From Faecousia sp. (lineage in GTDB: Bacteria; Bacillota; Clostridia; Oscillospirales; Oscillospiraceae), in assembly GCA_045646805.1 (NCBI GenBank), contig JAZRLK010000104.1, positions 1,704 through 65,703 on the forward strand: 64,000 nt of DNA, written 5' to 3'. Positions within the stretch are counted from its first letter, which is position 1, and every line of letters begins with the position of its first letter. Positions 30,327 to 40,539 of this stretch are shown here, piece after piece. The notes under the pieces were generated by a model. The model searched no databases. It saw only the letters and a program-made list of their open reading frames with translations, and was not told the DNA's origin. The position numbers and the translations under genes are program-made.

Positions 30327-31634
30327 TTACTGTTCCTCATTTTGAGCTTTCTTCTTTTTCTTTTTCACGATAATGATAATCACGATCACGATGAGAATGA
30401 TCGGAATCAGCAGGCAAAGGCCAATAAACAGAATCAGAATCACAATGGAACCGGGTGAAAATTTAAATTTGAAACCGCCGGTGTTCTCCGTGCTGTTAGT
30501 TCCGGTGCCCTCTGTTGGGGTATCGGTTCCATCGACGGGATCGTCTGTACCCTCGGTGGGAGAATTGTTATTTTCGATGGTCTCTTCTTCTGGTTCGGTG
30601 ACTTCGGTCTGCTCCGGTTCGGTGGGTTCGAGGGCTTCCTTGATCGTCAAAGTATAACTACGGTAGCCCTGCTGGTCATCTTCGTCCACAACTGTAACGG
30701 TAAAGCCGTATGTACCTGCCTTTGTGGGTACACCCTCGATCTCACCGTGTTGGGTCAGAATCAAGCCGGTCTTTTCAAAATCGTTTGCCTTGCCGGGATT
30801 ATAGTAGATCCCAAACACTGCATCGGCATTGGTGCAGTTAAGCTTCACATAATAGTTTTCACCCACCGTCGCATCCGGCAGATTCTTGGTGGTGATCTCC
30901 GGGGGATCATTCTGGATAGGCTTTTCCAAAACCGTTACACGGATCATATCCGAATATTCACCGTAGGAAGATGTAGAAACATAGCAGGTATAATATTGTG
31001 TTCCAACGTAGCTGGTGTCCACTCGCAGAGTATCCTGATCCTCAGTACCTCGGTTGACAGCGATGATATTTTCAATGTTGCCGGAGGAGCAGCTGTACCA
31101 CAGATAGTTCAGGGAGGATCCGTCAGAAGCCGTTGCACTGCAGTACAGATCTAAAATTTCACCCTGAAAGGTCTCTATATAAGTAGGTACATTGATCACA
31201 AGCTCAGGTTCTTCATAAGGCGTTATTCGAATATACGCTTTTTCACTTGTAAGAGAGAAATGTCCGTCCTCAATCTCGGCATAGATATAACAGCCATCCA
31301 GCTCCTTGCCGATTCCTTCAAAGTAATATGTAAATGTAGTATAGTCGCCGTTTGTGCTGGAATAAGGTCCATAGGAAGAACCGGCATAGTGCTCCCAGGG
31401 GTTCATACCGTTGTCAAAATCACAAAGATCATAAATATCGCCGTTAAAGCGTATATACCATCTGCATTTGAGATATTCACCCTTTACGGTTACGGAATAG
31501 GTTGCTACTCCGAATTCTTTAAAGGTCGTGCTCTGCGGCTGCTGGGTGATCACCGGCTCTACCGCTGCGGAAACAGGGATAAGCAGGGAGCAAAGCATCA
31601 AAAAGCATAGAACGATACTAATTGTTTTTTTCAT
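30327..31634 (-). CDS. Type I membrane surface protein with Ig-like domains
   Basis: Signal peptide, PVITQQP Ig domain, putative Ig (LPDATVG...G.PTKAGTY), E/T/P stalk, TM + poly-Lys. Confidence 0.8.
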   Translation of the reverse strand: MKKTISIVLCFLMLCSLLIPVSAAVEPVITQQPQSTTFKEFGVATYSVTVKGEYLKCRWYIRFNGDIYDLCDFDNGMNPWEHYAGSSYGPYSSTNGDYTTFTYYFEGIGKELDGCYIYAEIEDGHFSLTSEKAYIRITPYEEPELVINVPTYIETFQGEILDLYCSATASDGSSLNYLWYSCSSGNIENIIAVNRGTEDQDTLRVDTSYVGTQYYTCYVSTSSYGEYSDMIRVTVLEKPIQNDPPEITTKNLPDATVGENYYVKLNCTNADAVFGIYYNPGKANDFEKTGLILTQHGEIEGVPTKAGTYGFTVTVVDEDDQQGYRSYTLTIKEALEPTEPEQTEVTEPEEETIENNNSPTEGTDDPVDGTDTPTEGTGTNSTENTGGFKFKFSPGSIVILILFIGLCLLIPIILIVIVIIIIVKKKKKKAQNEEQ

Positions 31635-31646
31635 AATATCCTCTCT

Positions 31647-32135
31647 TTATTTCTTTTTACCGAATTTTCCTTTTAAAAAGCGGGCAACAATGCCTGCATC
31701 TTCCACATAATTGGTGGCGCGGGTATAATCGTCCAGCACGCCCCTGGCGGCCATTTCCTTCCGTCTTGCAGCAATCAGGTCGCTCTCCGCCTTCATCTGC
31801 ACAGATTCCAGAATATCCTCCCCTGCCTCCTTTAGAATACGATCCTTATCCTCCCGGAAGATCTCCGTGGCAGTCTGACGAGCATAGGCCTTTTCCTCTG
31901 CTGTCATCTGATGTGCCTGGGGAGTGCAGCGGGTAACAAGACTATTGAAGGTGTCGGCAAGACCGATAGCTGTAAACCGTTGTTCAAACTCCGCTGCGCC
32001 GGTGGCTTCCTCGCCAAGACCAGTAATCTGAGCAAGGAAGGTATCCACCTCCGGCTGCAACGCCGGAGGGACTACCATATACTTTCCGAAAAATCCTGTC
32101 CGCGCCTCTACGCAGACTCTTACTTCATCCAACAT
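31647..32135 (-). CDS. Hypothetical helical protein
   Basis: In operon with short gaps; amphipathic basic C-terminus. Confidence 0.65.
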   Translation of the reverse strand: MLDEVRVCVEARTGFFGKYMVVPPALQPEVDTFLAQITGLGEEATGAAEFEQRFTAIGLADTFNSLVTRCTPQAHQMTAEEKAYARQTATEIFREDKDRILKEAGEDILESVQMKAESDLIAARRKEMAARGVLDDYTRATNYVEDAGIVARFLKGKFGKKK

Positions 32136-32138
32136 AGC

Positions 32139-33098
32139 TTACTGTTCCTCAATTTTGGCTTTCTTGGATTTTTTCTTCTTAACGATAATGATGATAATAA
32201 CTACGATCAGGATCACCGGCACCAGCATACACACTGCCACAAACGCCAGCAGAATCAGAATTTTAGTCAGCGAACTATTAACTTTCAATCCGTCGCCGGT
32301 TCCAGTGGTGATGGGGTTCTCTATGCCGTCGGTTCCCTGCGTAACATCCTGGGTCTGCTCCGGCTCTGCTTCCGTCACTTCCACTTCTTCTGTCACATTT
32401 TCCGTGACATCTTCTGTTTCTTCAGGGGCTTCGGTGATCTCATCTGTTTCTTCCGGCTCTGTTTCGGGAGCAGGCAAAACCGTTACCAGAAAAATGGCAA
32501 AGGCATCCTCGTAGCTGAGTTTGATCTTTTGGTCGCCTACTGTCACCAACGCATTTTTGGTGTAGGTCAATCTATCGCCATCATAGGAATCGATAAAACC
32601 ATCGGGGGTATAGATCCGCACCCACAAGCCGGTCAGATCCAGCTTTTCACCGGAGACATACTGATATTTGTTAGGCTCCCGCATAATCTCCAGAAAATAT
32701 TCTTCTTCCTCCGGCTCTTCCTGATAGGCTACCTGGAACGGCTCTGCATCCAAACAATTGAACCAATCATCGGGATCTGTTTCGTACAAAAATGCCCGGC
32801 ATGTAATGGTGTACCCCTGCTCCGCAGTGGTTATGGTCAAGGATTGGCCGGTGTGAAAATAAGCGCCGTTTTTGAACCACTCATAAACCACATTGCCTTC
32901 CAAAAAAGCATTGTAGTCCTGCGACAAACCGTTGTCGGCCACGCTGTCAAAGGTTTTATTTCTATCCACTGTAACTGTGCCACCAACAACAAAGCTGCTG
33001 TCACTTGTAAAATAAACCTGCATATCATCTGCTGCCACAGGTATGACCATAGCCATCAGCATAACCAGGCACAAAATTGAAGATAATAATTTTTTCAT
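32139..33098 (-). CDS. Type I membrane surface protein with bacterial Ig-like domain
   Basis: Signal peptide, SDSSF.VGG domain shared with 41117..42607, PNKYQY.SGEKLDLTG, acidic stalk, TM + poly-Lys. Confidence 0.8.
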   Translation of the reverse strand: MKKLLSSILCLVMLMAMVIPVAADDMQVYFTSDSSFVVGGTVTVDRNKTFDSVADNGLSQDYNAFLEGNVVYEWFKNGAYFHTGQSLTITTAEQGYTITCRAFLYETDPDDWFNCLDAEPFQVAYQEEPEEEEYFLEIMREPNKYQYVSGEKLDLTGLWVRIYTPDGFIDSYDGDRLTYTKNALVTVGDQKIKLSYEDAFAIFLVTVLPAPETEPEETDEITEAPEETEDVTENVTEEVEVTEAEPEQTQDVTQGTDGIENPITTGTGDGLKVNSSLTKILILLAFVAVCMLVPVILIVVIIIIIVKKKKSKKAKIEEQ

Positions 33099-33129
33099 TT
33101 TTTCTCCTCTCTATTCACGGGCAATTCAA

Positions 33130-34164
33130 TCAGCCATAGCTTCTTTCAAGCATTCTTGACTGGACACCAGTATCACACAGATCATCGTCGCCGTTTACAA
33201 AATCCGCACAGGTGTACAGCATATAGTCGCCGACCTCTACAAGCACCGCAAAGCTCTGCTCACCTGCAAATTCCCGGAAGTCCATAGTAATAATGGCAAC
33301 ATTCTCTTCGTAGGTCAGCTCCCACGAGGCATCGTTATAGGTGTGGGTTTCTCCATACATTGTCCAGGTGACGGTTGCTGTTCCGTCCTGGAACCAAATG
33401 GAAAACTCACGCTCCTCATCATCGTTAAACCACTCCTTGCAGTACCAGCTGGTATCAATGAGCTGTTCCCGAGTGGGCTGTGTGTAGAAACTGCTCTGGA
33501 AATAATCGTATTCCAGCCGCATCAGCTCGTTATAGTCGGAGAAGTCTTTCAGCATATCCTCATAACAGGTGCCGTTTTCCCAAGAAGTTCGGTTCTCAGC
33601 AGTCTGCTGGGGATACCAAATCACACTGACACCGTCACTGCCTGTGATAGTCACCTGGGTATCGGGGTACACATAGCCTTCATTGCAGGACAGGATAAAA
33701 GGTTCACCACTATCAAAGGTTTGGAGCACCTTGGTATACGCAATTTCTATATCCCCTACCAATTCTCCCTGCACGACCTCTATGACAGCATTTTCGTCAG
33801 CAGGAACGATGCAATATATCTCACCGTATCCTGTGCCGACAATACGCTCGTTCGGGATCTCCGTAAGGAACGGGAGATCCCTGCAGAGGTTCGGTGCTGC
33901 ATGCTGCAGCCATTGTGTTCCGGTCAGACCTTCCTCCCCGGAATTATAGCCGAAATAAGCAACAGAAAACTTATTCTCCGTGCCGACCATGCTTTGCAGG
34001 AAAGAATTATAAGAAGGATCTGCCTGTTCAACAGGTTCTGTTTCCTGAGGTTCGGTCTGTGCAGGGGTAGATTCTTCAATCGTAACGATATAGGTGCATG
34101 CGCTGAAGGAAAAAATCATAGCGCCAGCTAAAAGCAAAGCCAATAAAGCCTTAATGCTTTTCAT
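33130..34164 (-). CDS. Lipoprotein, unknown function
   Basis: Lipobox FSAC; acidic. Confidence 0.75.
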   Translation of the reverse strand: MKSIKALLALLLAGAMIFSFSACTYIVTIEESTPAQTEPQETEPVEQADPSYNSFLQSMVGTENKFSVAYFGYNSGEEGLTGTQWLQHAAPNLCRDLPFLTEIPNERIVGTGYGEIYCIVPADENAVIEVVQGELVGDIEIAYTKVLQTFDSGEPFILSCNEGYVYPDTQVTITGSDGVSVIWYPQQTAENRTSWENGTCYEDMLKDFSDYNELMRLEYDYFQSSFYTQPTREQLIDTSWYCKEWFNDDEEREFSIWFQDGTATVTWTMYGETHTYNDASWELTYEENVAIITMDFREFAGEQSFAVLVEVGDYMLYTCADFVNGDDDLCDTGVQSRMLERSYG

Positions 34165-34227
34165 TGTATATACCTCTCTTTACCGTTGTTGTTTTGCGGG
34201 TATCAGACCCTTGTCTGTGCAAAAGGG

Positions 34228-34791
34228 TTATGCTTCGGTGACGGTCTCAAGCTCAGCGGTATCGATGGTGATAACAAGCTTATCTTCGATCTGGTGATAC
34301 ATATCCATAATGGTGATCTCGTACACGCCATGGATCTGTTTGCCGTCCTCGTAAATGCCGCCGAAGGCCTCCATGCAGCGGACAGTCTCGCCGGGAGCGA
34401 TCTCGTTGTAGAAGCTGTTATCTAACTCGGGGCGAACATCCTCCTGGAAGGACACGCCGGCGGTCATGCTCTTGCCATTGGCCAGAACCTGGGCAAACAC
34501 AATCTTGCCGGGCTTTACGGGCTCGTCGGAGTTGTTGGTAATGTTGAAATAGACCAGTAGATTGAAATAGTCGTCATTATAGGGAGAGTACAGAACGGCA
34601 TCGTCAAACTCGATGGTGATGTCGCCGATGGTCACAGGCGCAATGGTGGGTTCCGGCTCTGTAACTACCACAGGATCTGTTTCAGCGGGGGTGTTGCCAC
34701 CATCATTTCCGGATTCGCCGCCGCAAGCAGCGAATGTAAAGAGCATAGAACAAACCAAAAGCAATGCCAATAATGTTTTTAAGTTATTCAT
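34228..34791 (-). CDS. Lipoprotein with Ig-like fold (DUF5067/DUF4352-like)
   Basis: Lipobox FAAC; F.ITNNSD and EI.PGET patterns. Confidence 0.7.
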   Translation of the reverse strand: MNNLKTLLALLLVCSMLFTFAACGGESGNDGGNTPAETDPVVVTEPEPTIAPVTIGDITIEFDDAVLYSPYNDDYFNLLVYFNITNNSDEPVKPGKIVFAQVLANGKSMTAGVSFQEDVRPELDNSFYNEIAPGETVRCMEAFGGIYEDGKQIHGVYEITIMDMYHQIEDKLVITIDTAELETVTEA

Positions 34792-34842
34792 AATATTTAC
34801 CTCACTTTTTAGTATTTTGAAGTTTATTAAGGTTTGGATTTC

Positions 34843-35610
34843 TTATTTCACAGATGCCAGCGCTGCATCTGCCTTCTTGATCCACTCGGTTCTGTCGCCG
34901 TATCTGGATGCTTCCATCGCATCAAAGGCATTTTCTGTCTTTGCGGCAATATCTGCATCTTCATTGGCAGCAGCCTTAACTGCGCCTGCAACAGCTTTGA
35001 ATGCATTGACCTGTCTTTTTGCATTGTTTATGGAGTTGCGGATGGTATCCTGAATGCCGAACAGCTTGTCAAAATACTTTTCCATGCTGAAGAAATCGCT
35101 CTTGCTGTCCAGCTCCAGTCGGGCATTGTACAGCCCCGCAACATTACGGAATGTCATATTCACGAAATGCTTTGTAATTTCTTTGCCTTCTGCATCCTTA
35201 GATACCTCGCTCTCGTATTCATAATCATAAAGATCCGCAACACGATATACACAAGCCAAGGTCGTTTTTCCGAAAATAAAGAATTTATAGCGGTTTTCAA
35301 CAAGCGCCAAAAGACCGGTAGACGGAGAAAAATACATTAGATTACCTTTGATTCCCCGAATCTCATCTAACTTTTCCTCCTTGTTTTTTGTGCTTTTCAG
35401 AGGGACAAAAATCTGATCCCACACTTTTGTGCCAAATTCGATTTGCTGGATGTGGGCGTTTACATCAGGAAGCGTTGCTGCAACCTTATCAAAAACCTTG
35501 AAGGTTTTCTTACTGCAGACTTTTCTGCAAATGTAATTGCCGTCAGCTAATTTCTGCTCGGACATCAAACCTACTTCTACTCCACAAATTGCGCAATTAT
35601 GCTTTGCCAT
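34843..35610 (-). CDS. DUF4428-like Zn-finger protein
   Basis: CAICG...KLADGNYICRKVC N-terminus, paralogous to 37514..38563. Confidence 0.7.
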   Translation of the reverse strand: MAKHNCAICGVEVGLMSEQKLADGNYICRKVCSKKTFKVFDKVAATLPDVNAHIQQIEFGTKVWDQIFVPLKSTKNKEEKLDEIRGIKGNLMYFSPSTGLLALVENRYKFFIFGKTTLACVYRVADLYDYEYESEVSKDAEGKEITKHFVNMTFRNVAGLYNARLELDSKSDFFSMEKYFDKLFGIQDTIRNSINNAKRQVNAFKAVAGAVKAAANEDADIAAKTENAFDAMEASRYGDRTEWIKKADAALASVK

Positions 35611-35638
35611 TTTTTATTCCTCCAATTCTTTATTTAAT

Positions 35639-36376
35639 TCAGAAAGAGCCTCCGCCCACACTTCTGGACGAACCGGAGCTGGACGAGCTGTTGGATTGTT
35701 TCTTTGTACGGGTAACATTTCGATATAGGAACATATCGTTGGACAGCGTGATCTGCATACTGCCCGGTTTTACATATACGTCCGCCTGGTTCTGTTTACG
35801 GACCGTTTTTAGCTGACCTTTCAGTTTAAATGCCACGATCAGTCCCACCGCAAGGCCGATCACTAAGGAGATCAGCAAATTCCTTCCGAACCGGAATGGG
35901 AAGCCATTGATATGTCCATCCAGATAGTAAGCACATTCGTCGGCAAAGGTATCGAATGCATCGGAATAGTAACCGGCAGACAAATCAGAGCTAATCGCAT
36001 TGCCGATTGCGCTGATCTCACTGTTTTCTATGGCTGAGCCTGCAAAGCCGTTGGATACGATCCGGTACTCCCGTGGCTCCATACACACAAGCAACAGCAC
36101 GCCATCCCGATTCTCGCCGTAGCCAAAATTCATTTCGTCATATACAAATTCCGCATACTGATCCATATCCGTGTTGGAAGAAGTCACAGTGGCTACCACA
36201 AGCTGTGCGCCGTAGGTCTGGCTCAATTCGGAAAGCATTGTGCTTAGCTGCGTCTCCTCTGCGTCACTAAGAAGGTTAGCATCATCATACACGAAGTATT
36301 CCTCTGCCAAGGCAGTCAGGGTCGAACCCAGGCAAAGTGCCAGAGTCAGGAAAACTATTAAGATTCTTTTTTTCAT
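35639..36376 (-). CDS. TPM-domain membrane protein (YdjH-like)
   Basis: VYDDANLL, GYG..RDGVLLL, TM helix, Ser/Gly tail SSSSGSS..GGGSF. Confidence 0.85.
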   Translation of the reverse strand: MKKRILIVFLTLALCLGSTLTALAEEYFVYDDANLLSDAEETQLSTMLSELSQTYGAQLVVATVTSSNTDMDQYAEFVYDEMNFGYGENRDGVLLLVCMEPREYRIVSNGFAGSAIENSEISAIGNAISSDLSAGYYSDAFDTFADECAYYLDGHINGFPFRFGRNLLISLVIGLAVGLIVAFKLKGQLKTVRKQNQADVYVKPGSMQITLSNDMFLYRNVTRTKKQSNSSSSSGSSRSVGGGSF

Positions 36377-36388
36377 AACCCTACCTCC

Positions 36389-37483
36389 TTACAGCAGCCA
36401 AAACAGGTATGTCAGCGCGAAAACCGCGGCGGTAACACCGGCGGTCATACCAAACAACCAACGCCGGAAAGCTCCCTTATCCATAGGCAGATCACCGGCA
36501 ACTTTGCCGGTTTGACCGTTCAGGGCAAATGTAAATTTTTTCCCGTTCCACTGTGTATTCAGGATCCACACCGGGTACAACGCATACTTGGCGCAACCGT
36601 TATTCAGGCAGATATTGGAATTGACCGCCATTACAGAATCATAACCTCTTACAGTTTCAGCAAAGGCATCCTCTGTGCTCTTGCGAATCCGCTCATTGGC
36701 TCTGGCGATGCTGGCCTCTGAATCAACATCGTACTTGTCCGCCAGATAGCCGGACAAATAGGCCGTCTGAAAATTCACCGCATCGGCAATATGGAACGGC
36801 TCAATAGATTCCATCAGCGTATCATCCATTTTGGTAGAGCCATCCACCGGCACATTTTCAAAACCGATTCCGCCAGCTCTGGTAACAGAATAATGACTGG
36901 TCTCGGTATAATTGTACTGGCTGTCGCTCCACACGCGGGTTCTGGTTGCCTTGTACCGCACATGGGCATCTGCATCCGTATCAAACAGCCAAACCGGAAC
37001 ATAAAGCCCCTTAACTTCCTTGATATGGTTTTGATCCTTAAAGACCTTGGGCAACAGTTTTTTGCCTTTATAATAATTGTTCAGTGCCGCAATAGCGTCC
37101 TTCTTATCCAGCTTGAAAGGAATCACCAGATCCGGCTTCAAATCACCGGCAAACTGGCCCATCATCACCACAGGATTGCCGCAGAAGGGGCAGTGTGTTG
37201 CGCCTGTGGTTTCATCAGCTACGATCTCACCGCCGCAGGTATTGCAGCAGTAGATCCGCATATTATCCGTCTCGCCCTCACTCCATTGTGAACCAGGTGC
37301 AGTTTCCCAAGTCATATTTTCCTCGGGCTGATTGCTTAGTTCCGCATCATAGGCTGCCAGTGTTTCCATCTCAAATTCAGAACTGCAATAAGGACATTTC
37401 ATTTTCTGGGAATTGCTGTCAAACTCAATTGCACCATTACAACAAGGACATTTATATTCTTGTAATACAGACAACTTTTTCAC
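36389..37483 (-). CDS. Double Zn-ribbon membrane protein (YdjG-like)
   Basis: CPCC..CPYC, C..CGG..CPFCG, PD..IPF, Y.P.W, NGQTGK, C-terminal TM. Confidence 0.8.
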   Translation of the reverse strand: MKKLSVLQEYKCPCCNGAIEFDSNSQKMKCPYCSSEFEMETLAAYDAELSNQPEENMTWETAPGSQWSEGETDNMRIYCCNTCGGEIVADETTGATHCPFCGNPVVMMGQFAGDLKPDLVIPFKLDKKDAIAALNNYYKGKKLLPKVFKDQNHIKEVKGLYVPVWLFDTDADAHVRYKATRTRVWSDSQYNYTETSHYSVTRAGGIGFENVPVDGSTKMDDTLMESIEPFHIADAVNFQTAYLSGYLADKYDVDSEASIARANERIRKSTEDAFAETVRGYDSVMAVNSNICLNNGCAKYALYPVWILNTQWNGKKFTFALNGQTGKVAGDLPMDKGAFRRWLFGMTAGVTAAVFALTYLFWLL

Positions 37484-37513
37484 TCCTTTTCAATACATTA
37501 TCCAGTAAAGGAC

Positions 37514-38563
37514 TCAGCACAGATCGTCGCTGTTAAAGCGTTTTCCGCAATTGGGGCAGAAAGCAGGAACATCCTTGTCCTCCGGTTCTGCTGTCCAACT
37601 GCACTCGCTGCACTCAATATCATTCAGGTCAAATTTCTCCGTACCACAGTTTTCGCAGAATCTGCCGGCATTCCTGGTGCCACAGAAGCATTTCCAGCCA
37701 TTTACCGCCACAGGCACAGGCTTGGGTGCACCGCAGCCTGCACAGAATTTACTGCTATTCTCACTGCCGCAAGCTGTACATTTCCAGCTATCTATTGCCT
37801 GTGTGGCAACGGGAGCTGCTGGTTCTACAGCAGTTGCAACCGGTGTTGATGCCTGCGCAGTTGAGCAAACAGCCATACCTTGGATTCCTGCCTGGAAAAT
37901 TTCTTCCAATTCCTGACACATCATAGAAAATTCACGATACATAGGATTGTAGGAAGGGTCAAACTGACGACCCGTCAGGAACTGACCAATGCCGCCGGTG
38001 CTGCGGCGGAAATCACTTTCACTTTCCAGTTCGATGGTACTGCTATTGAGCTGGATGCTGATGTCATCAAAGTAAGGATTTCTGACCTGAAGCTGTACTT
38101 TAAAATCGTATTGATAGTTGTACCGGGGAGGATTGTAGCTGACCATCTCGCCTTGCGCATTTTGACGCTTGATTTCATCGCGATCTTCCCGGATATCTGT
38201 ATGGAAAGATACAACATCTTTAAAGCTAATCAAATCAGCATTTTCCTCCATCAGATCATCATAGCGAGTAACTGCAAAACGACTGGGAATACCATTTTCG
38301 TACTCCACATAGATTTTGGAACGCTCACCGAATGTCTTAGCAGGACGGAAAGATGTCAGCTTCTGCAGATTTTCTTCACGGTACGCCAACTGTTTCTTGA
38401 TCTGTTCTACCGTGGAATGGCGGCGATCGTCAAACCAAGGAGAGAGAAGCTTTACACAATCCTTGCAGATTTCACCGTCTTCCAACTTTTTATAACCAAA
38501 CATTCCCACTTCTTTGCCGCAAATTTCACAATCTTTCTTTTTAAAAGCATCAAACAAGCCCAT
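37514..38563 (-). CDS. DUF4428-like protein with C-terminal Zn ribbons
   Basis: CEICGKEVG..KL.DG.ICKDC; three C-terminal ribbons ending FCxxCG. Confidence 0.8.
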   Translation of the reverse strand: MGLFDAFKKKDCEICGKEVGMFGYKKLEDGEICKDCVKLLSPWFDDRRHSTVEQIKKQLAYREENLQKLTSFRPAKTFGERSKIYVEYENGIPSRFAVTRYDDLMEENADLISFKDVVSFHTDIREDRDEIKRQNAQGEMVSYNPPRYNYQYDFKVQLQVRNPYFDDISIQLNSSTIELESESDFRRSTGGIGQFLTGRQFDPSYNPMYREFSMMCQELEEIFQAGIQGMAVCSTAQASTPVATAVEPAAPVATQAIDSWKCTACGSENSSKFCAGCGAPKPVPVAVNGWKCFCGTRNAGRFCENCGTEKFDLNDIECSECSWTAEPEDKDVPAFCPNCGKRFNSDDLC

Positions 38564-38575
38564 TATATATCCTCC

Positions 38576-39988
38576 TTACACGATGTCGCCGTTATCGAAT
38601 GCATCGCCGCATTCCGGGCAGAAACGAGGTGCCTTTGTGGGATCGGCAGGCTGCCAGCCGCACTTATCGCACTTGTACTGGGGAACTCCGGCAGGTTTCT
38701 TGCCTCCGCAGTTAGAGCAGAACTTGCCCTTATTTACCTGTCCGCAGGAGCAGGTCCAGCCATCCTCATCAGCAGGCTTGGGACTGCCGCATTCAGGACA
38801 GAACTTACCGGTTGCGGTTGCGCCGCAAGCACACTTCCAGCCGCCAGCAGGCTGAGGCTCAGGCTTCTTTGCGCCACACTCGGGGCAGAACTTGCCGGTA
38901 GCAGTAGCACCGCAAGCGCACTTCCAACCATCAGATGCAGGCTGCTGAGCTGCCGCCTGCTGTTGCTGCTGGACGCCTATCTGGTAGAACTGCTGTGCCT
39001 GATTAAAGCCGCCGCCCATTGCGCCACCGGCCATATTCATACCAATAAAGCCATTCATTGCACCGCCTTGGTTACCTGCTGCAGTTTCCATTGCATTCGC
39101 GGTAGCGGTGGTCATACGGCCTGCCATCATAAAAGCATTGGAGCCGTAAGAAACAGCATCCTCCATCTCCTGAATTTTTTTCATATCCTCGTCGGCCAGG
39201 GTGATGGGATTCAGTGCAATCTTTTCAACGGTAATGCCTCTGGACTCTACCCATTCTAGCTGCAGTGCTTCGTTCATGGCCTTTTTCAGCTCATTAACCT
39301 TAGCAGGAAGCTGTGCAGGGCGCAGTTCCAGCTCAGCCAGTGCACCGAATGCAGGCTGCAGTGCGGAAACGAATTCCGTTTTCATCTGTTCATCGATCTG
39401 ATCTCTGGTGTAAGCATACTCTACATTACCGCAGACCTTGGTATAGAACAAAAGAGGGTTGGAGATTGCATAAGAGTAAACACCGTTGCACCGCACATTG
39501 ACGGTGCGGCTCATGCCGATGCGCTTGTTCATCACCTCGAAGATAATGGGGCTGGGCGTGCCAAACTTATTTCCCATAATCTCCTTGGTATTAAAGTAGT
39601 AAACACGCTGATCCTTGCCGGTATCACCGCCGTAAGCAAACCGCTTACCGATAGCTTTGAAAGTATCCTTGATGCTTTCGCCCAGCTTACCTGCAAAAAT
39701 AGATGGCTCTGTAGATGTATCGTATGTATATTCACCCGGTTCAGCACATACCTCCACCACCTTGCCCTGCTCCACAATGATCATACACTGACCGTCAGCA
39801 ACCGCAATACCGGAGCCATTACTGATTACGTTATCACTCCCTTTGGTATTGGAGCTGCGGCCGGAAATACGCTTCTGACCTTTAACCACCAGGGTATCCA
39901 TATCCATTGCTTCACAATAGAAAAATTCCTTCCACTGGTCAGCCAAAACGCCGCCGATTGCTCCAAATCCTGCTTTAATAAGTCCCAT
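38576..39988 (-). CDS. SPFH/Band-7 domain protein with four C-terminal Zn ribbons (YdjI-like)
   Basis: DQWKEFF, NGS.I.V..GQ, QRVYYFN, KFGTPSP; repeats WKCACGATATGKFCPECG. Confidence 0.85.
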   Translation of the reverse strand: MGLIKAGFGAIGGVLADQWKEFFYCEAMDMDTLVVKGQKRISGRSSNTKGSDNVISNGSGIAVADGQCMIIVEQGKVVEVCAEPGEYTYDTSTEPSIFAGKLGESIKDTFKAIGKRFAYGGDTGKDQRVYYFNTKEIMGNKFGTPSPIIFEVMNKRIGMSRTVNVRCNGVYSYAISNPLLFYTKVCGNVEYAYTRDQIDEQMKTEFVSALQPAFGALAELELRPAQLPAKVNELKKAMNEALQLEWVESRGITVEKIALNPITLADEDMKKIQEMEDAVSYGSNAFMMAGRMTTATANAMETAAGNQGGAMNGFIGMNMAGGAMGGGFNQAQQFYQIGVQQQQQAAAQQPASDGWKCACGATATGKFCPECGAKKPEPQPAGGWKCACGATATGKFCPECGSPKPADEDGWTCSCGQVNKGKFCSNCGGKKPAGVPQYKCDKCGWQPADPTKAPRFCPECGDAFDNGDIV

Positions 39989-40054
39989 AATTCATTCTCC
40001 TTTTATTGGTTTGGTAGAATATTCCCGCATATATTCGTACTGCGGGATTTTCGT

Positions 40055-40537
40055 TCATTCGCCTTTTAGTTTATTAGCATAAGGTGCAATAAGAACGAGT
40101 ATTTCTTCTTGTGCTTCGCTTGATATGATTTTTTCAGATACCTTTCCGTTTTGATCCGTGACGGAAAAACGCAGGAAGGTTCCGTCAAGGATTTCTGTCT
40201 CTAATTCAGAAGACACAGCATCGGGGAACGACATAATGTCAAGCTGAAACAGCGCACTGACAGTATCTTGCTTTAACGGTATACTTTTCTCAACAGGGTA
40301 TCCCTTCTCCTCATGAGGAACCTCGGTGTAAAGATAAGCCTCACTTAAACTCTCGTCAAACTTCACCGTATAAGAGAAGTTTTGCTCATATACATCGGAG
40401 CTTTGCGAAATGGTAAATTCACTCCACACGCCTCTTTCCATACCGGGACCGTCCACATAGTGGCTTTTGCATCCAAATAAGGAAAGCATAGACAACACAC
40501 ACATTACCATAGCCCCCGCTTTGATCATTTTCTTCAT
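40055..40537 (-). CDS. Lipoprotein, unknown function
   Basis: Lipobox LFGC; coupled to the upstream gene. Confidence 0.7.
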   Translation of the reverse strand: MKKMIKAGAMVMCVLSMLSLFGCKSHYVDGPGMERGVWSEFTISQSSDVYEQNFSYTVKFDESLSEAYLYTEVPHEEKGYPVEKSIPLKQDTVSALFQLDIMSFPDAVSSELETEILDGTFLRFSVTDQNGKVSEKIISSEAQEEILVLIAPYANKLKGE

Positions 40538-40539
40538 AA

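Noticed and set aside
38770-38930. DNA repeats in the SPFH gene as a CRISPR-like array
   Set aside because: They are codon-degenerate copies of Zn-ribbon coding units; no spacers or cas genes seen in the window
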